Assembly: GCA_963662355.1 (NCBI GenBank)
Contig: OY759361.1
Location: 615,834 to 679,833, forward strand
Direction of reading: 5' to 3'
DNA: 64,000 bases
Origin: Gammaproteobacteria bacterium
GTDB lineage: Bacteria; Pseudomonadota; Gammaproteobacteria; UBA4575
In this document: positions 1-9,355 of the stretch, one piece after another
How the letters are laid out: every line of letters starts with the position of its first letter
Numbering within the stretch: the stretch's first letter is position 1
Program-made: the position numbers and the translations under genes
The notes under the pieces: generated by a model
The model's database searches: none
What the model was told of the DNA's origin: nothing
Seen by the model: only the letters and a program-made list of their open reading frames with translations

Positions 1-73
1 ATCCGGATTCCAGGACAGGTGGTTTGCAGGCGGGCAGCATAGGGGAAGTACCTCTGCCGGGCAAGGTTTTTTC

Positions 74-1432
74 TCAGGGTTCCTTGGGGGTAATCCCCAG
101 GGCACGCAGTTTGCGGTACAGGTGGGTGCGCTCCAGGCCGACGCGCCTGGACAGCTTGCTGATATTGCCCTCCACCTGCTTGAGCTGGTACAGCAGGTAA
201 TCCCGCTCGAACGACTCGCGCGCCTCGCGCATCGGCAGCTGGTACAGCTTCTGGCGCCAGGTCGCTTCAGGCCCCGCCTGCGGGGCACTCTCGTCCAGGG
301 CCAGCTCAACCTCCTTGACGGAAATTTCATCCGAGGTACTCAGGATGAGCAGCCTTTGAACGAGGTTTCCTAGCTCCCGGACGTTGCCAGGCCAGTCGTA
401 GTGCAGCAGCAGGTTCTGGGCGGCAATCGAGAACCGCCGATAGGGATAGTTCTCCTGTGAGCAGTAGAAATCGGTGAAGTGTTGGAGCAGCTCGGAGACG
501 TCCGTGAGGTGCTCGCGCAGCGCGGGGATGTGGATCGGCACGGCATTGAGCTGGAAATACAGGGTGTTGTCGAACCGCCCGGCCTGGACCTCGGCCTGCA
601 GGTTGTGCGAGGTGGCAGCCATGATGCGCACGTCCAGGTCCTGCAGGACATTGCCGCCGATCCGGCTGAACTGCCCGCGCTCGAACAGGCGGGACAAGAT
701 CTTCTGGTCCTGCACGGGAATGTTGTCCACGTCATCCACCAGCACCGTGCCGCCCCGGCACACCTCCAGGGTCCCGGGAGTTACGGCCGCACCGTCCTCG
801 GTCCCGAACAGCTCCCAGGCAAGCCCCCGGTCACTGAAATCATCCTCGCTCACGACGATGAACTCGCGGTCCTGACGTGTGCTGAGGTCATGCACGTAGC
901 GGGCAAAGGTCTTCTTGCCAGCCCCGGACTGCCCGGTGATCAGGACCATGTTGTCATGCTGGGCCAGCTTCTTAGCCTGCTCGCGCAAGGTGCGCATCTG
1001 CACGCTCATGCCGACCGGCTCCTCGATCATGAAGCGGGTCCGGGTGCGGTCCGTTTTCTCGGATGAGGCTTCCAGGGCATGCCTGACGCTTGCCAGCAGC
1101 TTGGCCGTGGTCAGGGGTTTTTCGATGAAGCCGTAGGCACCCAGGCGGGTGGCCTCGACCGCAGTCTCCACGGTCCCGTGTCCGGACATCATCACCACGG
1201 GGCAGTCAATCCCGTTGTTGCCCTGCCAGTCTTTCAGCAGGCTGATGCCGTCCTCTCCCGGCATCCAGATATCGAGCAGCACCAGGTCGGGAGGCAGCGT
1301 ATTGGCGTGCTGGCGGGCCGCTGCCGTGTCTTCGGCCACCCTGACCGCATACCCTTCATCGACCAGGATTTCCTGTACCAGATTGCGGATGTCGGGCTCA
1401 TCGTCGACGATCAGGATGTTTTCCCGGCTCAT
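74..1432 (-). CDS. ntrX: NtrC-family AAA+ response regulator, NtrX-like
   Basis: Receiver domain (MSRENILIVDDEPDIRN...DLVLLDIWMPGEDG), AAA+ Walker A (GQSGAGKK) and C-terminal HTH. Start trimmed to the ATG at 1430-1432, which overlaps the stop of the upstream kinase by 4 nt (ATGA coupling). Confidence 0.8.
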   Translation of the reverse strand: MSRENILIVDDEPDIRNLVQEILVDEGYAVRVAEDTAAARQHANTLPPDLVLLDIWMPGEDGISLLKDWQGNNGIDCPVVMMSGHGTVETAVEATRLGAYGFIEKPLTTAKLLASVRHALEASSEKTDRTRTRFMIEEPVGMSVQMRTLREQAKKLAQHDNMVLITGQSGAGKKTFARYVHDLSTRQDREFIVVSEDDFSDRGLAWELFGTEDGAAVTPGTLEVCRGGTVLVDDVDNIPVQDQKILSRLFERGQFSRIGGNVLQDLDVRIMAATSHNLQAEVQAGRFDNTLYFQLNAVPIHIPALREHLTDVSELLQHFTDFYCSQENYPYRRFSIAAQNLLLHYDWPGNVRELGNLVQRLLILSTSDEISVKEVELALDESAPQAGPEATWRQKLYQLPMREARESFERDYLLYQLKQVEGNISKLSRRVGLERTHLYRKLRALGITPKEP

Positions 1433-3642
1433 GCGTGCACCTCCGCGGGCGCACCGGAATCCCCGGTGCCGCACATCGGCAGGCGCATCCGGATGCGTGC
1501 CCCGCGCCCGGGTACATTCTCGGCGCGGATCGCACCGCCATGTTCCTCGATGATTTTCTTCACTATAGCAAGCCCCAGCCCGTTACCCTTGACCTTGGTC
1601 GTGACGTACGGTTCGAACAGCCGTGGCAGGATTTCGCCCGGTATGCCCGGCCCGTCATCCACCACGATCAGGCTGGCGAACGACACCCCCCTGACTTCAA
1701 AACACTGTGAAATGACTTCAATCCTCGCTTCCCTTGTCTGCTTCTCATGGATCGCCTCCAGCGCATTCGTGAGCAGGTTGTGCAGCACCTGGCGCAAGCG
1801 GGTGCTGTCACCCTTGATCAGCGGCGTGCGCACGTCCAGCGTAGCCTCAATTCTAACGTGATCGGCGTTCACCCGGTACAGTTCGATCACCTCCGCAACC
1901 AGTGCATTGAGGTCCAGGGGCACCGCCTCGACCCGCAGCACCCGGGCGTAGTCCGCAAAGTCGTTCACCATCGTCTTCATCGACTCCACCTGCTGGACGA
2001 TCGTGGCCGTAGCCCGGTCGAGCACGTCGGCCTTGTGTTTGCCCAGGTCGGGCAGGATCTTGCTGCGCAGCATTTCCGCCGAGAGCTGGATGGGTGTCAG
2101 CGGGTTCTTGATCTCGTGCGCCAGGCGCCGGGCCACTTCGCCCCAGGCCGAATCGCGTTGTGCCCGGATCAGTTCGGTGACATCCTCGAACACCAGGATA
2201 TGTCCGCCTGCCTGCCCGGCATCCCCCGACAGGGTCACGCCCCGGCACATCAGGATCTCCCCCTCATCCGCAAGCTTGATGTCCGTTTGCCAGTGTTGCG
2301 CACCGCCCCGTATCAGCGGCTCGACCTGCTCGAAAAAGCTCCTCAGGTTCTCGTTCCCCATGGACAGCTGCCTGATGTCCTGTCCGATGAACCGGTTGAG
2401 GCTCGCATTCAGGATCAGGGAGGCAGTCGGGTTGGCGGTCTTGATCACCTGGTCCGCATCCAGGCTGATCACGCCGGACGACAGGTTTTCCAAGATGGTC
2501 TGCAGGTACAGGCGCTGGCTGTCGATCAGCTGCTGGCTGGACTTGGCCTTGTCGCGTGCCAGGGACAGGTGCTCGGTCATCTGGTTGAAGGAGGCCACCA
2601 GCATCCCCAGGTCATCCTGCTGCTCGACGGGAAGCTTCTTGTGGTACTGACCGGCTGCGACCGCCTGGGTACCCTGTGCAAGGTCCTTGATCGGTGCTGC
2701 CAGCCTGCGTGCCGAATAAAAGGCTGCCCAGACCGCGAACAGCACTCCCAGCAGCAGCACCAGTGTCAGGAGCAGGTTGAAGTTGCGCTTCAAAGGCGTG
2801 CGCAGGTAGCGCAGCTGATTGTATTTTCCAAACCCCTCCTGCACGTTCAGGGCGAGGTTGCTGATGCGATCGGAAATCGGATACAGCACCTGCACCATGC
2901 GGGGGCCGGACCCGAGCGGGTCCGCGCGCACCGGGAACACCAGGCGGATGTGCATGCCCGCATCCCGCACCGGATCGAGCCCCACGTAGGTCTCGCCCTG
3001 GCTGACCAGGTTCATGATCGCCTCGCCGGGCAGGCGGGGCACGACCGCCGTCCCCACTTCACCCCCCGAGGCGATGATCTGGCTGTTCCGGTCAAACAGC
3101 ACCATTTCAGCCACGTCGCTGCGGCGCATCAGGTCGTTGATCACCAGCGGCGCATCCAGGGACGTGGTCTCGGCCAGTTCGTCGACCATGGGTTCGGTCT
3201 GCTGTCTCAGCTTGCGCATGTGCAGCTCGAGCGAGGACCGGCTGAGGTCGACCGAGTCCTGCAGGACCTGCTCCATGTCCACGTCAAACCAGCTGTCCAC
3301 ACCCTCCTGCAGCAGCCAGATTGAAAACGAGTACACGATACCGACCGGCATCACCGCCAGCAGGACAAACATCAGCAGCATGCGCAGGGTCAGCCTGGAG
3401 CCCGGCTTTTGCCGGACGACCTGCAGGATCAGGCGCACGACATTGAACCCGATCAGGAGCAGGAATACCGCCAGCAGAAACAGGTTGAACGGCAGCAGCC
3501 ACTGATGCAGCTGATCAAAGATCGTCTCGTTGCGCGTGGCATCGGCAATCAGGTACAGCGAACCCATCAGCGGGACCAGCAGCACCACGATGGGCCAGAA
3601 CCGCACCGGAAACAGCCTGTCTAGAGCGGCCATTCGGACCAC
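1429..3642 (-). CDS. ntrY: Membrane sensor histidine kinase, NtrY-like (TM/HAMP/PAS/HisKA/HATPase)
   Basis: 737 aa with N-terminal TM segments. H-box (RLAHEIKNPLTPIQLSAE) and ATPase G-boxes (DDGPGIP, GNGLGLAIVKKI). Translationally coupled to ntrX. An alternative start lies at 3633. Confidence 0.8.
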   Translation of the reverse strand: MVRMAALDRLFPVRFWPIVVLLVPLMGSLYLIADATRNETIFDQLHQWLLPFNLFLLAVFLLLIGFNVVRLILQVVRQKPGSRLTLRMLLMFVLLAVMPVGIVYSFSIWLLQEGVDSWFDVDMEQVLQDSVDLSRSSLELHMRKLRQQTEPMVDELAETTSLDAPLVINDLMRRSDVAEMVLFDRNSQIIASGGEVGTAVVPRLPGEAIMNLVSQGETYVGLDPVRDAGMHIRLVFPVRADPLGSGPRMVQVLYPISDRISNLALNVQEGFGKYNQLRYLRTPLKRNFNLLLTLVLLLGVLFAVWAAFYSARRLAAPIKDLAQGTQAVAAGQYHKKLPVEQQDDLGMLVASFNQMTEHLSLARDKAKSSQQLIDSQRLYLQTILENLSSGVISLDADQVIKTANPTASLILNASLNRFIGQDIRQLSMGNENLRSFFEQVEPLIRGGAQHWQTDIKLADEGEILMCRGVTLSGDAGQAGGHILVFEDVTELIRAQRDSAWGEVARRLAHEIKNPLTPIQLSAEMLRSKILPDLGKHKADVLDRATATIVQQVESMKTMVNDFADYARVLRVEAVPLDLNALVAEVIELYRVNADHVRIEATLDVRTPLIKGDSTRLRQVLHNLLTNALEAIHEKQTREARIEVISQCFEVRGVSFASLIVVDDGPGIPGEILPRLFEPYVTTKVKGNGLGLAIVKKIIEEHGGAIRAENVPGRGARIRMRLPMCGTGDSGAPAEVHA

Positions 3643-4193
3643 CCGCTTTCAAGCCTCCACTCGGAGGAAAAATAACTTTCCAGGCGCAGCGGAAGGGGCA
3701 GCCTGTAGGTCAGCAGGCGTGAGCGCAGCTGCACGACATACTTGCTTCCCCGGCTCAGGCTGGAAGTGTCGGCGATTCGCAGGAAGTGGATGCGCCCCTG
3801 GGACATCAGCGCCGAATCCAGATCGGGAAAGGCCCGCACGCTGGCATGGTCCAGGTCTTCAAGGAGGTACTGCTTGCTGAGCGCATGATATTTCAGCACA
3901 CGGGAATGCCGGGTACTGGTAACCGTCCGGTTCCAGGTCCACCTGCGCAGGGATTTTACCTGCACCTCCAGCTCAAAGGGCATGGGAATCCCGTTTTTCA
4001 GGGCCTCGGCCACCGGTTCGCTCAAGCGGTAATGAATGTTTGCATGCAGACGCAGTTCGTCCCCGAGCTGCGTGACGCTCACGTGGTCGATGCGAAAGGC
4101 CTCGCTCGTGGCACCCGCCTGGGAGGCCATGCAGATCGCACAGGCCATCAGGACCAGGTACCGGGGGCAGGCGGTGCAGGGATACAGGGTCAT
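3621..4193 (-). CDS. DUF4390-like secreted protein commonly found upstream of ntrYX
   Basis: Only the last 190 codons of the 423-aa ORF 3621..4892 are non-overlapping with fmt. ATG at 4191-4193 and an N-terminal hydrophobic signal-like segment (RYLVLMACAICMASQAGA). The family assignment is from memory of the conserved neighbourhood. Confidence 0.6.
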   Translation of the reverse strand: MTLYPCTACPRYLVLMACAICMASQAGATSEAFRIDHVSVTQLGDELRLHANIHYRLSEPVAEALKNGIPMPFELEVQVKSLRRWTWNRTVTSTRHSRVLKYHALSKQYLLEDLDHASVRAFPDLDSALMSQGRIHFLRIADTSSLSRGSKYVVQLRSRLLTYRLPLPLRLESYFSSEWRLESGWSEWPL

Positions 4194-4203
4194 AGCGGTG
4201 CCT

Positions 4204-5154
4204 TCAGCTTTCCTGTGAGGCCCTGCTGAAGCATTCTCCTCGCAGGTCATGGGCATTGGTGAAATCACGCGCCGGGATGCATTTTCCGCCCGGCAGCTGC
4301 AGGGCCGCCACACCCAGCACGCCGTCTCCCGTGGCCACCTCGATGTCCGCCCGGGTGTCCAGGATCGTGCCCGGGTCGTGCTCACTGTCCCCCGAGGCAA
4401 GCCTCGCCTCCCAGACACGCACCCTGCGCTCTCCCAGCCAGGTGCAGGCCACCGGCCAGTCATTGAATGCCCGGACCTTGCGTTCGATCTGCACGGCACT
4501 GTCGCGCCAGTCGATGTCCGCCTCGGATTTGTCGATCTTGTGTGCATAGGTGACATGCTCCAGGTCCTGCGACTCGGGTTCAAACCCGTGTTCATCCAGC
4601 CCTTCGAGCACGCCGGCAATCTTCCCGGCGGCCATCCCCGCCAGGCGGTCATGCAGGGAGACGGCCGTATCCCCGGCGCGGATCTCACAGGATTCACGAA
4701 GCAGTACCGGCCCGGCATCGAGCTCCTCAACCATGCGCATGATGCAGATCCCGCTGCGGCGGTCTCCTGCCAGGATGGCGCGCTGGATCGGGGCGGCCCC
4801 CCGCCATCTCGGCAACAGCGAGGCATGGATATTGATACAGCCCAGTCTCGGGATGTCCAGGGCGGCACCGGGCAGCAGCAGGCCATAGGCACTGACCAGC
4901 ATCACATCGGCGCCCAGCGTATCCAGACGACGGCATTCCCCTTCCCCGAAATGCCGGGGCTGAAAGACAGGAATGCCTTCCTGCAAGGCCACCTCCTTGA
5001 CCGGGCCCGGGCGCACCGTGCGGCCCCGGCCTGCCGGGCGGTCCGGCCGGGTATAGACGCCCACCACCCGGTGGTCACTTGCAATCAGGGCCCGCAGGGC
5101 CGTGGCGGCAAATCCGGGGGTTCCTGCAAATACGACCCTAAGACCGGCGGACAC
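4204..5154 (-). CDS. fmt: Methionyl-tRNA formyltransferase
   Basis: 316 aa. N-terminus RVVFAGTPGFAATALRALI, plus the HASLLPRWRGAAPIQRAI motif. Sits immediately downstream of def. Confidence 0.95.
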   Translation of the reverse strand: MSAGLRVVFAGTPGFAATALRALIASDHRVVGVYTRPDRPAGRGRTVRPGPVKEVALQEGIPVFQPRHFGEGECRRLDTLGADVMLVSAYGLLLPGAALDIPRLGCINIHASLLPRWRGAAPIQRAILAGDRRSGICIMRMVEELDAGPVLLRESCEIRAGDTAVSLHDRLAGMAAGKIAGVLEGLDEHGFEPESQDLEHVTYAHKIDKSEADIDWRDSAVQIERKVRAFNDWPVACTWLGERRVRVWEARLASGDSEHDPGTILDTRADIEVATGDGVLGVAALQLPGGKCIPARDFTNAHDLRGECFSRASQES

Positions 5155-5189
5155 GGTATCTCGTACCAGCAGGATGCGGGGCGGGTACG

Positions 5190-5732
5190 CTAGCCCGCAT
5201 GAGTGGGCCGGGGTTCGGGATCACTGGTTGCCTGCCCGGCTTTCTGCGCCTTGAGCAGCTTCTTTTCAATGCGTTGGCGCTTCAGGGGAGACAGGTAGTC
5301 GATGAACAGCTTCCCCTCCAGGTGATCGATTTCATGCTGGATGCACACGGCCAGCAGGCCCTCAGCCTCCAGCGATACGGCCTTGCCGTCCAGGTCCAGG
5401 GCTTCTACCCTGACTCTCTGGGCTCGCTGCACGATGGCAAATGTGTCCGGCACCGACAGGCACCCCTCCCGCATCTCCTCCTCGCCATCGCGCTCCACGA
5501 TTTGCGGGTTGATCAGGCAGCGGGGTTCATTCCTGTCTTCCGAGACATCGATCACGGCAATCTGCTGCAGGATGTTGACCTGGGTGGCAGCCAGTCCGAT
5601 GCCATGGGCTGCGTACATGGTCTCAAGCATGTCGCCTGCAATCTGGCGCAGTTTATCCCCCACGGCCTCGACCGGGCACGCCAGCCTGCGTAACCGGGGG
5701 TCAGGAAAGTGCAGAATTTCCAGTAATGCCAT
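5190..5732 (-). CDS. def: Peptide deformylase
   Basis: 180 aa carrying the three Def motifs: [16 protein letters not shown] and QHEIDHLEG. Confidence 0.95.
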   Translation of the reverse strand: MALLEILHFPDPRLRRLACPVEAVGDKLRQIAGDMLETMYAAHGIGLAATQVNILQQIAVIDVSEDRNEPRCLINPQIVERDGEEEMREGCLSVPDTFAIVQRAQRVRVEALDLDGKAVSLEAEGLLAVCIQHEIDHLEGKLFIDYLSPLKRQRIEKKLLKAQKAGQATSDPEPRPTHAG

Positions 5733-5960
5733 GGTGCTACCAATACGTTATGCGGATACCCTGGTATGACCGCGTGACTCATGATCCTGGACCTCCTGGT
5801 GAAGGAGGCCAGTACCCGGGAATTCTAGCAAAAATTCAATTGCGGCAACATATTGCATGCCGGCCCGACGGGCACCCGACCACCGGTGCAGGCACATGCC
5901 AGGGGAGGCGCATCGGTGCGCGATGGCTGGCGGGGCGCAGGCACCGGGGCCATTGTGGAG

Positions 5961-5991
5961 CCGGTTGAACCCGCCGGGAGGATTCAACCGG
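5961..5991 (-). terminator. Hairpin downstream of OMP gene 1 (CCGGTTGAA-N13-TTCAACCGG)
   Basis: Perfect 9-bp inverted repeat about 30 nt past the stop at 6021. There is no U-tract, so it is only terminator-like. Confidence 0.35.
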
Positions 5992-6020
5992 AAGTCCATG
6001 CTGTTGCCGGGTGTACCCGC

Positions 6021-7004
6021 CTAGAACGCGTACTTGAGGTTCATGCTGACGGCAAACATTTCAATATCGTCGATCTTCATGCTACCGCTCACATGCTCCC
6101 GGTCGCCTCCGCCCGCCTGCTCCGGCGTGCGCAGGTAGGGTGGATGACCACGCAACGGATCCCATACGACCCCACCGTCCTTGAAGGAGTCATAATCGAC
6201 CCAGCGACCCTTGACCCCCAGCATCAGCGACTCGTTCAGCTCGTAGTCCACCCCGAACATGATCTGGTACCCGAACAGCGTGTCGTCCAGCTCCTTGTCT
6301 GCAAAGCTGGCCGTACTGGCAAGATTCGCCTGAATCTCTGCTGCATTGGGCAAGGCCTGTCCCCCATCCGGGGCATTCCCAGTGGTGATTCTGGCCGCAT
6401 CATCGTTTCTCGCCCACACGCTGCCATATTCCACTTCGGTAAACCCGAAACCGACGCCCACGCCTACATACGGCGTAAACTTGCTGTCATTGGCGAAATC
6501 CATGTACACATTGGCAAACAGGTTGTGCGAAGTCATGTCGCCGACCCGGTCTATGGTCCTGACCAGTTCCTGCTCAAGCTTGTCGCCGCTTTCCCCCGAG
6601 GCGCTGTACACATCGGAATCCTCGTCATAGCCGGTATCGCGGTAGAAGTATTCAAGTTCTACACGGAAGCGGGAGTCCTGCATACGGTAGCCGATGGCCG
6701 TACCGAGCAAAATGCCCTCGTCAGAACTGATGCTGTTGTTCCAGTCACCGGTCGCGCCCCGGTTCGGGCCGGTACAGTTGTAGCCCTCGTAGCCCGGTGT
6801 CTGAGTAACGGTTGCATACATGGGATTGATGTATCCGTCGCACACACTGGCCCGGTCATTACTGGATCCGGTCGTATCCAGCGACTCGCCGAAATTTATG
6901 CCCAGCTCGCCGCTGACATAGAACCCTTCGGCATGCACCGGAATCGTGATCGAGAATAGGGTAAAGATGCCGATCAAGGCTGCAAATGAAAAATACCTGT
7001 TCAT
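6021..7004 (-). CDS. Outer-membrane beta-barrel protein (OmpA-barrel/opacity-like), paralogue 1
   Basis: Start trimmed to MNRYFSF (ATG 7002-7004). Signal peptide ends ...PVHAEG, followed by alternating amphipathic strands and the C-terminal signature MNLKYAF. Confidence 0.8.
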   Translation of the reverse strand: MNRYFSFAALIGIFTLFSITIPVHAEGFYVSGELGINFGESLDTTGSSNDRASVCDGYINPMYATVTQTPGYEGYNCTGPNRGATGDWNNSISSDEGILLGTAIGYRMQDSRFRVELEYFYRDTGYDEDSDVYSASGESGDKLEQELVRTIDRVGDMTSHNLFANVYMDFANDSKFTPYVGVGVGFGFTEVEYGSVWARNDDAARITTGNAPDGGQALPNAAEIQANLASTASFADKELDDTLFGYQIMFGVDYELNESLMLGVKGRWVDYDSFKDGGVVWDPLRGHPPYLRTPEQAGGGDREHVSGSMKIDDIEMFAVSMNLKYAF

Positions 7005-7240
7005 GTTCACACCCCCTTTTAGCTTCTGCAATGTTAAGGCTGTAAACCGACCCCGCGCAGCACCGAAAAAACCTGCACAAGATCGAAATCCTTGGCCCCT
7101 CCCTGAGCAGGCACGCCAACTGCCCACTGGGCAGGATGTGCCCCTGCAACAGTCCTAGAAGCTGTATTTTTCCCGTCAGCATACACCGCCCGGGACGCTG
7201 CGTACAGGCACTCCATGGTCCGACGATGCATGGCCCACAC

Positions 7241-7306
7241 CCCGGGCATCCGGCGGATGCCCGGGCTTGAATATCGCCAGGTGTCCTGATCCGGTGGCCG
7301 TTGCGC
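7241..7306. repeat. Leader/spacer repeat copy A with palindrome CCCGGGCATC-cggcg-GATGCCCGGG
   Basis: Homologous to 8375-8440 by hand alignment: GGCATCCGnCGGATGCC ... CGCCAG ... CTGATCCGG.GCCGTT. Confidence 0.6.
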
Positions 7307-8224
7307 CTAGAACAGGTACTTGAGGTTCATGCTGACCCCAAACATCTCGATATCATCGACCTTTAATTTATATTCCACAGGCTCACTGCCGTCCAGGCGA
7401 AGATTGGACGGGTGGCTGCGCAGGCTATTGTAGTCGCTGCCATCCTTGAAGGAGCCGAAGCTGACCCAGCGGCCCTTGACCCCGAGCAGCAGCGATTCCG
7501 TGAGTGCATAGTCCACGCCGGCCATCACCTGGTACCCGAACAAGGTGTCGTCCAGCTCCTTGTCCGAAATAGTAGCCGTGCCGGCCAGTCTACTCCTTAC
7601 ATCGGGCAGGGTATCCGGCACGGTAAAGATAGTATTCGGATCAAGTCTTCTTTGAGCCACGAGGCCAAAGTCCATATCGGTAAACCCGAAACCGACGCCC
7701 ATGCCTACATACGGCGTAAACTTACTGTCATTGGCGAAATCCATGTACACATTGGCAAACAGGTTGTGCGAGATGAGACTGTCGATACGCTCTGCCACAA
7801 CCAGGAGTTCATTATTGATTTTTTCAACGGTCTGCGGGTCCGCGCCAAAGTCGATCGTGGAGGTCTCCTCATAGCCGGTATCGCGGTAGAAGTATTCAAG
7901 TTCTACGCGGAAACGGGAATCCTCGAAGCGGTAGCCGATAGCCGCACCAAACAGAATGCCCTCATCGGAACCAAAGCTGTTCTCCCATGCATCGCCCCCC
8001 GTACGCGGCTCAGTACACCTCGCAATCATCCTGTAGCCCGGATTGAGATACTCGTCGCATACACTTCCACGATCGTTGTCAACCCCTTTAGAATCCAGTG
8101 ATTCACCGAAGTTCATGCCCAGCTCGCCGCTGACATAAAACCCCGATTCAGCCTGCACGGGAACCGCCACCAGGAATGCGATGAAAACAGCGGTAAGCGC
8201 TGTTAGTGAAAAAGATCTGTTCAT
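7307..8224 (-). CDS. Outer-membrane beta-barrel protein, paralogue 2
   Basis: Start trimmed to MNRSFSL (ATG 8222-8224). Signal peptide ends ...PVQAES. Shares long identical peptide blocks with paralogue 1 (HNLFANVYMDFANDSKFTPYVG, DSRFRVELEYFYRDTGY). Ends MNLKYLF. Confidence 0.8.
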   Translation of the reverse strand: MNRSFSLTALTAVFIAFLVAVPVQAESGFYVSGELGMNFGESLDSKGVDNDRGSVCDEYLNPGYRMIARCTEPRTGGDAWENSFGSDEGILFGAAIGYRFEDSRFRVELEYFYRDTGYEETSTIDFGADPQTVEKINNELLVVAERIDSLISHNLFANVYMDFANDSKFTPYVGMGVGFGFTDMDFGLVAQRRLDPNTIFTVPDTLPDVRSRLAGTATISDKELDDTLFGYQVMAGVDYALTESLLLGVKGRWVSFGSFKDGSDYNSLRSHPSNLRLDGSEPVEYKLKVDDIEMFGVSMNLKYLF

Positions 8225-8374
8225 GCCCTCATACCCCCTTCTTTTTGTGCCTGAACCTTTCAGAACGGCATCGTGAATTCTCGAGAGACTTGAGCATGCA
8301 GGAAGCGAGGTTTGGTAGTCAACACCCATGATTCCACCGGACAGGATGGACCGGGCATTCACGTGGACCGTGCC

Positions 8375-8480
8375 CACCGGCATCCGACGGATGCCTGCCG
8401 CGAGTACCGCCAGATTTGCTGATCCGGAGCCGTTCCGTCTGGAACTTGTCCGTTCAGGTTCAGGCTGCAGCCGAAGCCGC
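8375..8480. repeat. Leader/spacer repeat copy B plus a roughly 40-nt relic of the 3' end of a third OMP copy
   Basis: 8379-8395 (GGCATCCGaCGGATGCC) and its flank match 7241-7306. 8439-8478 aligns at about 75% with the last 40 nt of both OMP genes; the relic translates as ...FGCSLNLNGQ versus FGVSMNLKYLF. Confidence 0.55.
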
Positions 8481-8501
8481 ACGTATGGCCGCTGAGGCGG
8501 C

Positions 8502-8720
8502 ATGAAGTACGCAGTGAACACCTTTGCGGGCAGCAGCATGCCTTATGCTCAAGCAAAGGATGGAACGTTTCCTGCGGATGCGCTCAATACCTTACAGGGC
8601 ACGGCCACGTATGATGGTTCTGCAACCGGGCTTTATGCGAGAAAAGATCCAACTGCAGTGGACGGAGCTGTGGTTGGTATACCAGCAGAAACTGGACAGT
8701 TTTCGGCCAATGTAGAACTG
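8502..8720 (+). pseudogene. Fragment resembling the beta-barrel (handle) domain of TbpB/fHbp-type surface lipoproteins
   Basis: The peptide ...LQGTATYDGSATGLYARKD...GQFSANVELT shows the G-x-A-x-Y-x-G...G-x-F-x-A-x-V pattern of that domain. The frame then runs into low-GC non-coding-looking DNA. No signal peptide or lipobox is present. Confidence 0.3.
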
Positions 8721-9355
8721 ACGCTTCTGGTACGGCACTTTTCTAAGTTGTGTGGGCCGTGTCCTTTACTTGTTGAGTTTGCTACTATTCAAGTATCCCA
8801 CAGATCGGCGGCCCACATAGCACCTACAATACACCGTTCAAATGGATATATTCTTTCTCACTCTAATCACGATTGTAGGCATTATGGGTGTCTTGCTGAT
8901 TATCTACCTGATCAACCCTAACATGTTTATCTTTATCAAATGGATTTGGGAATCCGACATCTTGTACAAGACTACGAAAAAACATCCCAAACTACGCAGG
9001 AAGCACTGATTCAAACACTGTATGCCCTACTGGGAACGCCTGCTGTAAATCCCTGTTTAACTGTCAACTTAAGTACATAATTCCCAGACTTTTCCATGTG
9101 GCATCCCCCTGCCTGTCCCTTCAGACCCGCCCGTATTCCCGGTTTCTGACCGGCAAACCGGGCATCAAACAAAGCTGTTTCAACCCGTCAAAAAAACACC
9201 GGGGGTGCGGACAGTTCGCGATAATTTTGCAAAAAATATTTACAAAAGCCTCATAACGGCGTATTAGTTTGCCGCCGATACTCCTGTTCACACTACCAAA
9301 AAGGATTGACTGGCTTTCAACATCCGGCGCGGAATGTACCCGGCCTTCTCGTTTT

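Noticed and set aside
1747-3324. 525-aa plus-strand ORF
   Set aside because: It is antisense to the ntrY kinase gene. Its low-complexity Arg/Gln/His-rich composition is typical of shadow ORFs in high-GC DNA, and it has no recognisable motif.
3621-4892. 423-aa ORF spanning from the DUF4390-like region into fmt
   Set aside because: Its first roughly 230 codons overlap the confidently identified fmt gene in another frame and are Pro/Arg/Ala-rich high-GC read-through. Only the last 190 codons (from the ATG at 4193) are kept.
5853-6959. 368-aa plus-strand ORF
   Set aside because: It is antisense to OMP paralogue 1, which has a clear signal peptide, beta-strand pattern and C-terminal Phe. This is a shadow ORF.
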